This document shows positions 53,570 to 64,000 of a stretch of 64,000 nucleotides of DNA, piece by piece. This stretch comes from Harriotta raleighana (taxonomy: Eukaryota), in the NCBI GenBank assembly GCA_050575255.1, contig JBNZDD010013730.1:9791849-9855848 (forward strand), written 5' to 3'. The notes under the pieces are model-generated. The model made no database searches. It saw only the letters and a program-made list of their open reading frames with translations, and was not told where the DNA came from. A program made the translations under genes and the position numbers. Position 1 is the first letter of the stretch. Every line of letters starts with the position of its first letter.

Positions 53570-56329
53570 CTGAACGAAAGCACAAAAGGTAGAAAGATAT
53601 TTTAAATGCAGTTAGTTCTTGCAAGGTTCTTGTGGTCGATACATTCCTGGGATAATGCATATACAGTAATTGGACTAATTTCTCAGTAGCTGTAGCACTG
53701 ATCACTGTATCAATTAATGGCATTTGAAAGATCAAATGAAGTTTTAAAGGTAAGCCTGCCTCGACATAGAGAATCAGTTTTATTGAGCCCTTCGTGTATT
53801 ACAGCATGAAAGCTGAGTCCAAAACATAGATTAGAATGCTGTTATGTCAAGTTAAATCTATCAACTTACAGATGTGGTATTATCAGCAATTGTTGATTGC
53901 GAAGGATCTGTTACATTCGACACTGCAAAGGAACCAACACTATCATAAAGTTGTTATGGAATTGTTGCAAATTTGTCATTTCAAAGTCAAGTCACAACTT
54001 TACCAGATAATCAAGAAAAATTGCAAACACCTGTCTCTTGTTATGAAGGAAGCTGTTAAGTGTCCACTGAGCACTTTTTTTTAATATCCTTTTTAAGGTC
54101 ACTTAAGGATGACCACATGACAGCAGGTAAGTTCTTTTAAGTCGGGGGAGAATTGTCAAGCCCTCTTCGTGTGATTCCAGAGTTTCAAGTACAGGAAAAT
54201 AGCTCTGATCTGTGCCACAAAGTGACTGAGGGACATCAGGTCTCCGTTTTATGCAGGATGATGAATATAGACACATGCGAGAGATGGGTGTAAGAATGTT
54301 AAACCCACACTCGAACCTTAAATCATGTAGCCAGTTCTACAACAGTCCTTAAAAACTGAAAATGTGCATTTAAATTATGCATCACTTGCATGAAATATAG
54401 CTAGAAAAATTATGGCTATTCACAAAAGGTTTCCTAACTAGACAGTGCTCTTTCAAACTAGACATTGCTCCTTTGACAAGTTACGAGCCACCCATTCTTT
54501 AGACTGCCTGCTCTCATTATTCAACAACAGGCACTACATATTGGGTACTGTTCCTGTAATGTGGTTCAGACACTAAAGATTAAGAACTATTGTTAGTGTA
54601 TTGTTTAGAGGGATTCAACAGATCGTGACAAGGGCAAGTTGTGTTTTCAGATACCCTGTATTTTAAAGAAATTGAAAAGCCCAGACCTTTCTTTTTGCAG
54701 GCCTAGTTGGGATCTCAGCCAGACGCGGGCGGGAGCTGTGACTGCACATTCCCACCAATTCACTGGTTGACCCAGTTTCTCTGGTATGGATTAATGCAAC
54801 AGGCTGATTACCATGACATTCCCCGAATCTGAGTAAATCTGGAGCCTGGCAGACTGCCCATTACAGGGTGTACTGCCATTATAGTTAAAGCTGAAAATAA
54901 AACTACCTGTAAAGCTCACTGGCTGAAAACATGGTGTCTTTTACATGTATTTATGCTTTGCAGTTTATTCTGTGAAGCTCTTTGAGATGTTTCAATGATG
55001 TGATAAGTCGCTATATCATATGCAAGGATGATTATTGTTATCAAATGTTATAACCATACATAGTATGACACTAATTTTCTAATGTAACAAATTTTCTAAG
55101 GCAGTAATTTTTAACTGACGTCTCAGATAAAAGAAAATTGTCAATCACAGATATTAATATTCTTTTGGCTGGAACCTCTCTCGGAGCTCCTTCTTCATTG
55201 TTTTCGCTTTATAATACTTACAGTTAACCTACCATCTTAGCCTGGCTGTTTATTACACTATAGTTTTCTTTGAACATTATTTCCCCATTCTTTATATTTA
55301 ATGCAGCTTGAAACTGTAAGGCTCAGGCTAGGAATGACTTCTTCTCCATTTACAGGGGTAACTGAAAGCTTGCTGCATGTAATTTGGTGGCCAAAATATG
55401 TCTTTTATGAATTAGAAAACAGTTTCTGGGACTTGTCACACCACTCACCTTCATTTTGCAAAAGATGAAGTGTTCAGACAGGCTAGGGTTATATAGTGGA
55501 GATAATGATGCTTTACTCACCATTTGTGACTAAATTACCTCTAAAATCCCATTATGTTGTTTCTCAAATAGAATCCTTTTAATTATTCTTGCTCTTTGCT
55601 TTCTCCTTCCTCAAAAGATTATGAAATGCTTATATTTTAAACTACAGTTTAATACTCCTTGTTTCAATGCTGCATTGGAGGTTACACTTTCAGTTTAGAT
55701 GAGAAGTGATGTATCTGTCTGATTGACGCCTGTTGTTGATGTACCGTATTCAGTCGTAATATCGTTATCATGTGGCAAACAGTTCAAACAAAATTTTGCT
55801 GATCTATTTGGTACGCAAACAATCACAATCTAGGTGTCAGTCTGGCTCACTTGGTAACACACTCCCCTCTGAGACAGAAAGCTGTGTTTCAAGTCCAATC
55901 AAATGCAAGGATTATTATATTGGGGAATTGAAATCACAGCTGACACTTAAGTGCAGTGCTGGGGAACAACGCATTGACTTCAGATACAACGTCTTCTCTT
56001 TCTGTTCTGGTGGACAAGAAAGATCCCATCGCACTATTCAAAAGGGAAAGGGAGGTTTTTCTTAAAATGTTTCTGATGTTTGTGAATAGGATTTTCTAAA
56101 GGAACACTACTTGTAATCCTCGCGGTGTTTGCTTTAATTTTTTGTTATTTGTAGATTAAGACACAGCAAGAAATTTCAGCACATTTCCTGATCAATATTA
56201 TTATTTGTTTTCCAAAAATGAACAGTTCGAGATGCTGGTGCCTCAGTTATAACCTAATAAACAACTGTCCGTTCACAAATGACTATCATCTGATTGTCCT
56301 GAGCTTCTGAAAACCGTCAGCAATTCACA

Positions 56330-56575
56330 TTATTACAGCACATTTCAAATTGAGTGGATGTCACAAAGCATTTCACATAACGTGCTGGTTATTGAAATCT
56401 TTGGTGGATGCTTGGGGGTTGGAAGGAGGGGACTGGGGTGGGGGTTGGAAGCTTAGGAGTCGATAGTGGCCATGACTGAAGAATGAGGTTTTATGGTGTC
56501 TTTTGAAGGTGGGGAGAGAGGGTGAGGCAGAGGGATTCCAGGATGGAGTTCCAGGAAGCAGGGAAGAGAGAAGGT
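56330..56575 (-). mobile_element. Degraded L2-type LINE 3' fragment
   Basis: ttttgaaggtggggagagagggtgaggcagagggattccaggatggagttccag resembles the other L2 copies. Confidence 0.55.
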
Positions 56576-56946
56576 GGCAGTGACTATTTCCTATCTATTA
56601 ATAGAAATACTAATCTTTTCAATAAATCATTTGTGTTCACACCCAGAACACGTTTAACTATTTAACATCAGAAGCGGGTGTCACCTTAGTCCCAACTTTA
56701 CACAGCATTTTGCTCGCACAATTTATTGCTAATCACAATGTTGCATCAATGAACCATTAGAAATTTAGATCCCACAGACTATCTATGTCATTACCCACTC
56801 TCTGTGCAAAACATGGCTTTTCTGTTTCGGTAGAAATAGTGCTAAGTTGGTTAAAAAATCAACAAAGTCCCTAAATTTAAACAAAATCTTAATGTATGTA
56901 CTTTTACCTATGTGCCATTTTTTATAGTATTCAAACTAAGGTTTAC

Positions 56947-56968
56947 CTGTAGAGTTTGAAGAGTCTGC
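56947..56968 (-). CDS. Candidate 22-nt exon in the last CRB1 intron
   Basis: tttttgttcaag GCAGACTCTTCAAACTCTACAG gtaaac; reads ADSSNST in phase 0 or (W)QTLQTLQ in phase 2. Confidence 0.35.
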
Positions 56969-58852
56969 CTTGAACAAAAATATTAAAAACGAAAGCCAAA
57001 TGAGGTTTAAAAGCAGTCTTTCCATATTAAGCATAACCATTTGAAATGCAGTCCCAGGATTTTGGTGATAGTACAGAAGAATTCAGTCATTGGAAAGACC
57101 TTCCACCACCAACAAGCTCGCAATGTAGCACAATGAATGTATCTGTACTTCAGGCTGCTGTAAAAGGCTGATTCATCTTGGTAGTTCCCACTATGCTCGA
57201 CCTCTCTTCTTTTTCTGCTCGATGATCCTTAGAGCCTTTACTTTGCCATTACTATTCCAGTGAAAAATGTTGAAACTGATCTAAAGATGCGCAGTCGGAT
57301 TAGTTTTAGCATTCGCCGGTAACCTCTGTCTGTATATTTTAACGCTAGCAATTTCTGTCGGCCGTCCTTCACATACCTGGCTCTAGTTTCAGGTTACAGC
57401 CACACCTGAACCCTGGCAGATAAAATATCCGAACCTACAGTGCAACCTATTGTTAGGTCCCCATTGCTGCCTTCAGCTGGCCTAGGAAAAATTGACCCCA
57501 AAAATCTTCAAAATTAAAAGCTTTCAGAACTCTTTCCTAGTACAATACTGACATTAATTTGCATTAAAAAAACACATCTTTGTATGCTGCAATTGAGCTA
57601 CATATCAAGATTAATCTGCACTGACCTTGAATAAAACACAAACCCACTTTACCTTATTGGTTTTCCCCCCTATTCATGAAGGAAAGAGGTTATATTAAGA
57701 TGACTTTGCATTGATCTTGTGGATTCTTTGAATCTCTAGCTCTTCTGTATCCATAAGTACATTTGAACATCTCAAAAGCATGAGCCTGAAAATATCAGGG
57801 CTGGTTATCAATTAATTTCAAGTAAATTGAATGGTTTTGAATCTGTGGTCGAGTCAAATTTGGAATGAGGCTGAAGAGGACTTGTAGAAGGTCAGGAGAT
57901 TTCAGATAACTAATGAATTGAATCCCACTATTCACTCCCAGTACTTCAGTGAATTGAATTTAAGATCCTCATGGTCTGTGTTTCATTCCAAGTTCTTGGC
58001 CCATTCTACATATGCAATCTCCTCCTGCACTAAATTCCAGCCCGTATTATTCGTTCTTTCAATACAGAAACAGATGTAGGCTATTCAGCCTCTTGAGCCT
58101 GTTCTACCATTCTATAACATGATGATCTGTATCTGCACTTCAAGTCCAATTACCCGCCCTTGCCCCGTATCCATTAATACCTTGACAATTAGGCATCTAC
58201 TCTGATTTATTTCACCTTAAGCTATCTCTGAAACTTCACCAAAGTTTCTTCCCTGGTTACATCTCTCCGTAACTTTAAAAAAATCTCTTAAACTGCCTTT
58301 GGTCAACACCTTTGGATCTCTTATTTCTCTGCTTGGTATCCACCTCTATGTTTTTAAACTTTTTTTCATGTCGAAACTGCTGTATAAATGATTTGTGATG
58401 CTGTTTTTGAGGCTGCCTTGTGCAAGACCCGCCACCTGGTGGTGCCTTATATCAATTTGTAGCAAGAACAATTGAGGTGAACATGACAAAACATCAGGCT
58501 TAGTGACAGAAGACATCTCTTTCTGTGCGTACAGATTCCTGTCAGTCACGAGACATAGGTGAAATCCCATTTGTAATACCTTGGTATTAAATCATTCTAA
58601 TCTGTTTGTTTGATTCCAAAATAATACCACAATTCTCAAAGAATTATGACCATATAATTTTATGATATTAAAGAAATTATTGAGCAAAGTCAAATGGTTA
58701 TGAAATGTAGCAGTTGGCAACTCTATTTTAATTGTAATTTTAAAACTACAATGGTGAGATACTCATCTCTTATGTCCTGTAAGTTCTACATTTGTATGTC
58801 TTTAAGTTCTAACAACTTGGTTCCTTCTTACTGCTAGGCAAACAGAGGTGGG

Positions 58853-58948
58853 GGGAGTAAGGAAACTTATCCAAAGTTTCTCCCTGCCCGGAAATCAAAC
58901 CTCTTGCTTGCAAGGCAAGTGCGCCAACCACTAAGCTACAGGATTCCA
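58853..58948 (-). mobile_element. Same SINE family, head only
   Basis: gcaagtgcgccaaccactaagctacaggattcc matches the heads at 16700 and 40280. Confidence 0.75.
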
Positions 58949-61034
58949 CTTTAAACAGGTAAGGACCTGTTACTAATTCTCTTCTATATAAAGATTAGGC
59001 TTCTAAAATGGTCTTATTAAAGCAAATATCGCAGACTCAAAGGCTTATGTAAAGCCAATTGACTCACTGATGTTGGTAACAATATACAACGCTAACCACA
59101 ATTGCTTCTGAAATAAATAGCACAACCTCCTCAAAAGCCTGACAACACATATAACTATTTGGAAGTGGACACTGGGAGCACAATTGGATGTTTTTTTCCT
59201 TCACTTTCCAGCCCATACTGGATGAATCATTGGATTCTCATTTTAATCTTTAGAGAACCAAGCCAATAATAGCTTGGCATTTAAAAACTTTGTTTAAATC
59301 ACAAAAGTACCCATCCCACCATGTTGTGTAAGGCGTGTAAAGACATTTTAATGCACACGTTTCATGTGTCATAACTGAAACATGGAAACTGCAAGAAGGA
59401 ACCTGCATCCTACCACACCAATGCAATATTCCACTGAGGGCTAAACGGTGTGGAATTGGTTTCATTTATAAAATTACACTGTGCCTAATGCAAAGATACC
59501 TTGAGAATTTTATTATTTGTTTTCTTTTTCGAGAGAAATATTTCCAAAGCCTTAATGCATGAAATACATAATCTGTCGATCTGACATCAATCTCACTCCC
59601 AGACTCATAATCCAGGAATGAATCTGTATTAAGAAGTCCTCAAGCCAATCTGCAAAAGGGTCGGTATATCTTGGACTCAAAGTATTTAGGCTACACATTT
59701 ACAGAACTCGCATTACTGACTTCTGAAATTGTAAATGAATGGTGTGGTGGAGAATGGGACATCTGTGTTCATTTCTTTTTAAATCAGGGAAATATAATAT
59801 TCGGTTTACATCAGATGTTTGAGAGGTTGTCATGTAACAACATGCCAGAATTACTAGCTTCAGCATTCCAATATCAAATGTATGGATTAAACTGAAAGCT
59901 AACACAGTGCTTGAGGCATAGTGAAAAGAAGAATGCCTTACCAGTTCAGTTCAAACTCTTTTCACAAAAGCCAACTAGAAATTTGATGAGTGTCCAAGAG
60001 GAAACTGGCTATAGACAATACACTACAGATTTTGAGCCATCTTAATCCTTGCAAGTGAAAGAAAGGATAGATGTCAGCAGGCTGGGAGATTTCACCAGAG
60101 CTAAATCAACTCCCATCATATTTTGCGAGCAAAATATAGTCAATCTAATTTACTGTGTATCCTTTGAAGTGCCTTGAGACATCAACAATGTGATAAGGCT
60201 ATACATTAAATGCAAGTGTTATTATTGTTATTATTTTTACAAAATTGACTGTCTAAGATTGCATTTGAGGAGCGTACATATGAGTCACTGGCAACCTGAT
60301 GATCCAAAGTTAACTTCTTTTAAACACGAGAGCTGGATGGCGCACAGGAATCAAGCCAGTCTGCTGTTTGGAATTTTTTGTGAATAAACGACCTGTGGTA
60401 TAACAAGCAAGTGTTAAATAATGGAGTTCTAGTTGGACTGAAACAGTGCTACTTATTGCAAAACCTCTAGTGGTTAAACGCGGGTTAACAATGATCAACG
60501 ACACAAAGTTTTTACGGGAAGGTTCAGTAGTTGAGAACAGGACACTGGACTAGTTTTTTTTAAAAAGGCAGCTAGATCCTATGATAGGAGGGCAAGTATT
60601 TTGGAGGGATGAGATCAGATGTGCCAATGGATCGTCTTCAACCAAACCAATCTTGCGATCAATCTGATGATTAAATATTTAGATAGTGATTTCCACAGTG
60701 GTGCACATGTGCAGAGGGTCTGTCTGCTTTCCTTGATCTGAGCCAAGAAGAGCAATACAGAGCTAGCAGTTTAATAGTAAACCACAACGTTGTTTAAAAT
60801 CGCACTCTGTAAAGGGACACCTTTTTGCTTAGTGTCAGGAGTAGAACTGTGGCCTAATTTACTAATAAGGCAAACCAAGATCTGTCTTTTTTGTACGTAT
60901 TCGTTTAAGTTAGTTTTTAATGAAAGAAAAGAATAAGGAAGGAAGACAAAGATACAATGATGGATGTGTTTAATAACTCATTTGATAGGGCTAGACATAT
61001 GCACATTCAATATGGAGTCACGTATAGATATTTT

Positions 61035-61068
61035 CACACACACAAACACACACATACACATGCACACA
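61035..61068. repeat. Imperfect (CA)n microsatellite
   Basis: cacacacacaaacacacacatacacatgcacac. Confidence 0.8.
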
Positions 61069-61892
61069 AAGGCAGAACAACATTATGAACATTATACAGA
61101 ATGGTTCACATGACAACAAGTGACAAGACAGAGAAATAGAGTGAAGAGACGCAGAATATTAGAATTGCTGGTAAAAGCGGATGATTAACAAGGGGGATAC
61201 ATGAACAAGTACAAAAAAGAAATCGCGACAGCCTAATCCTCCTGCTTCCTAAATTTGCCTTCATGGCATTTATGTCTTCTATGATGATATCTAGATGATA
61301 TCTTAGAAAAGTTGTTGTGAATATGTTGGAAGTTTGGTGTCCACGTTTTGTGATGGGGACAAACGGTATTCCAATAACCCAGGTATTCCCATTTCCATTA
61401 TCAAATCAACCAGTCATCGCATTTTCTGTGCATTTCTTACTTACTCTTGGTCTATGTTTCTTTTCTTTGAGCAGGATAACTCCATCTGATATACTTATGT
61501 CCTGACAAATACTATTACTGCATAACTCAAAATAGAGCTTTTAACCAGGAAAAAGTAAACATTTGTTGTAGCACATCTCTAAATATACAGTACCAAAGTT
61601 AGAACAACTAAGAACCTTAAATGTAAACCACATATTTACAGAGGTAGAGAATAAAATATTGACAGCATATTTCTTTTTTTTAACTATTGATGGAAACTTA
61701 TTCAAGAACAAAGTCAGAGTAATAGGAACTAATATTTAATTCATGAGAAATTCAAACCATTTAATGATGGATCCTATCATTAAAGGCATAATACTGAAAT
61801 GAAAAGCAATAATTTTTGGTCTATTTACGAAGAATTTACTTAGAATGGGATTGGAATATGGCATATACAGTGAAAATAAATATACAGAATTT

Positions 61893-62225
61893 TTCACTTT
61901 CAAGGCCATTCAGGGCTTTGCCCCTTCCTATCTCTCCGACTTGCTGTCTCCCTATGAACCTCCCCTCCACCTCCGTTCAGTGGGCTCCGGCCTGCTCCAT
62001 GTCCCATGCCCGACCCACCCTCCCATCGTTGGACCGTCTTTCAGCCTCTCTGCCCCCACACTCTGGAACTCCATCCCAGTCCTTTGGCAAGGCTTCCTCC
62101 CTTGTCTCATTCAAGGTCGGTCTCAAGACCCTCTTCTTCGATCCTTCCTTCTACTATCCTCCCTAACTCTCTCCCTGCCTTGCTAACTTTCTCCCTGCCC
62201 CTTTCTCCTCCCTCCCCTCCCCCCT
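61893..62225 (+). mobile_element. L2-type LINE 3' fragment
   Basis: FKAIQGFAPSYLSDLLSPYEPPLHLRSVGSGLL...SAPTLWNS; same family as the 2626 and 27909 copies. Confidence 0.85.
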
Positions 62226-62839
62226 GAGGATACAAAGAATGTGAACCCCTGCATCACATCTCTCCATGAGACTTTGGGTTTTTTGAATGTACTCTAATTT
62301 CCTGCCCTTATTGCCTTTTCTCCTGTGTTTAATACTTAGGGGTTTCTTTTGGATTAAATGAGTAAACATTCTTAATGTAACTGTTCAGATATTTAGTATC
62401 GGTGAAATGAAGTGAAATAGAAGTGAAATAGTAGTCTTTTTTTTCCCCTTAACTATTGCTAAGCGTTGTATAGACATCAAGGGTCTATCACCAGGGTACT
62501 TTATTGAAAAAAATCAATGCTCACTCTGTGAAAATAAATTGGGCTGTATATTAAAAGTCATCAGGAATATTCTAGAAACAAACTGAGCTATTCAGCTGTG
62601 CTCATTGTATGTTTAAATGTGCAGTAATATTGTAACAAGATCCTTAACATTTTAACCACATTTTTAAGTTGAAAGAAGTTCTAGGGGATTATTATCGACT
62701 TTGGCAGTAAATTAACTTGTTGGTGTTTGCTTATCCAGGCATTGTAAACTCACAGCACAAAATTCACAGCGGATGCTCTAGAGCATATCTTACAAAAGCT
62801 GCTGTCTTTCAGTATTTTTCAAAAATTCCATACATTTAC

Positions 62840-62898
62840 CAACGAGCAGAAAACAGGCCCAGAGTAATTAAAACTGCTAAGGAAACAGGGAAACTCAT
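62840..62898 (-). CDS. Candidate signal-peptide exon inside the last CRB1 intron: MSFPVSLAVLITLGLFSAR(W)
   Basis: accATG context, hydrophobic core, TTG|gtaaat donor (phase 2); no transcript evidence. Confidence 0.4.
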
Positions 62899-63305
62899 GG
62901 TTAAATTATTGATCTCCCCATTGCTTGTGCACATTGTTCTGGTAAAACCAAACACTGTAAAGTGCTACATTTTATTTTATGCAGATCATAGCATTTAACC
63001 CTTTGAAGTCTGCAGCTAGAAGCCAAACAATTGCTGCCTTGGTTCATTCTTAAAATACCATGGGATAAGTAGCATTCTAGCTCCCTGTCAATTCCTTGAA
63101 TTGAACTGTACCTTGTAATATTTAGTTTTAAACGTTTACAAATAAACTAATTTCCCTCAGCCATTCCATGTTTAAAGGGTTGTACATAAAAGTCGCTAGT
63201 GCTTCCAAAGTTAAATATGTTGTACTTGGATGAGTGAATTCCCATGAACTTTAAAGGCATAATGATAGTTGTTCTATAGTTGATAGACACACTGATTTGT
63301 ACATT

Positions 63306-63311
63306 TTTATT
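63306..63311 (-). promoter_or_regulatory. Intronic polyadenylation signal for the read-through CRB1 isoform
   Basis: AATAAA on - strand (tttatt on +) 20 nt past the stop, followed by a GTGTGTCT element. Confidence 0.6.
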
Positions 63312-63331
63312 GAAATGATTATGCCAGAAGT

Positions 63332-63442
63332 TCAGGCCCACTCAACTGCTGGCTCATCATCCATTCGAAGTATGAGAAAGGAGAGAAGCTGAAAAAGATT
63401 TTGCCAAAGTAGCAAAGAGATGAAAAAGAAGAGATCGCTTAC
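63332..63442 (-). CDS. CRB1: CRB1 intron read-through C-terminus (exon 11b / CRB1-B type): [36 protein letters not shown]
   Basis: Open frame continuing through the donor; close to the human alternative end [36 protein letters not shown] as recalled; AATAAA 20 nt after the stop. Confidence 0.88.
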   Translation of the reverse strand, partial: VSDLFFFISLLLWQNLFQLLSFLILRMDDEPAVEWA

Positions 63443-63569
63443 ATCCATTTCGCATCGGTCACCAACAAAGCTCATGTCGCAGATGCACTGGAACCTGCCG
63501 GGCAGGTTCTGACACAGGCCCCCATTCAGACAAGGGTCCGATTCACATTCATCAGCGTCCATCTCACAC
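63443..63569 (-). CDS. CRB1: CRB1 last EGF-like exon (exon 11 equivalent): [42 protein letters not shown]
   Basis: cggcag acceptor, GAT|gtaagc donor, 127 nt, phase 2 to 0; EGF cysteine spacing. Confidence 0.96.
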
Positions 63570-64000
63570 CTGCCGGGCGAACAGTCACAGACTGATTTGA
63601 AACCAAAATACTTCAGTGGTAAACTTTACTGATATACAATTCTTATTTCAATGAAGGAATGTATCATTTGCCACAGCAGTAGAGTTTTTACCGAATTGTT
63701 GTCATCATCATAGTAGCTAAAGTTAAAGTAAACGCCAAAGCACGCCAGTAGCAATGCAGGAGCCTTTAAACGTGAATTGAATTTTCCCCAAATCTGCTAA
63801 ATGAATTCCTAAAACATAAACTTAGTTAAAATGATTATACTGATAAATGTCTGTATCAGCCTGACTCAGTCAGTAGCCTCTCAGTCAGAGGGCTGTAGAT
63901 TCAAGCCTCAACTTGAAAGGCGCTCTACAAGTGTAATTTTGTTGCTGATGTAGTTGTTGGGAGTAGCTCATATTCTAAACTGACACTCCAGCGGAGATCT

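Larger units (their letters stand above)
52304..63569 (-). other. CRB1: CRB1 (crumbs homolog 1) gene, 3' part; upstream exons lie beyond 64000
   Basis: Final EGF exon plus CRB1-diagnostic tail [24 protein letters not shown]...MERLI; adjacent to DENND1B as in human. Confidence 0.95.

Noticed and set aside
55445-55540. Cluster of donor-like sites on - (gtgagt twice, gtaatt)
   Set aside because: No convincing acceptor and frame combination links them to flanking exons
57653-57669. 17-nt candidate exon on - (GKTNK) with an AAG|gtaaag donor
   Set aside because: Contains TAA in the phase given by the signal-peptide donor and would need a weak alternative donor; likely chance
1-64000. Prokaryotic features (operons, CRISPR arrays, rRNA) and the many 60-120 aa ORFs in the track
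   Set aside because: The window is spliced vertebrate DNA; no repeat-spacer array or rRNA was seen, and the remaining short ORFs lack recognisable homology or splice support

Overview
AT-rich vertebrate genomic DNA; the SINE/LINE content suggests a cartilaginous fish, possibly a holocephalan (inference). Two genes converge tail to tail. On + are the last 13 coding exons of DENND1B (connecdenn 2, 2303-42801); all introns are GT-AG and the exons join into 567 aa plus stop. On - is the 3' end of CRB1: the last EGF exon (63443-63569) followed by three possible C-termini. These are (i) an intron read-through tail like the mammalian CRB1-B/exon 11b end, with its own AATAAA; (ii) the canonical CRB1 TM + ERLI exon (52304-52519); and (iii) an extra intact TM + ERLI exon of CRB2/CRB3 type (52749-52970) only 229 bp upstream of the canonical one. 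A signal-peptide-like exon and short candidate exons in the same intron raise the possibility of a nested CRB3-like mini-Crumbs. Introns carry L2 and CR1 LINE fragments, tRNA-derived and Deu-type SINEs, a hAT-like MITE and small local duplications. Homology calls rest on remembered protein and repeat sequences, not on searches. Repeat boundaries are approximate.
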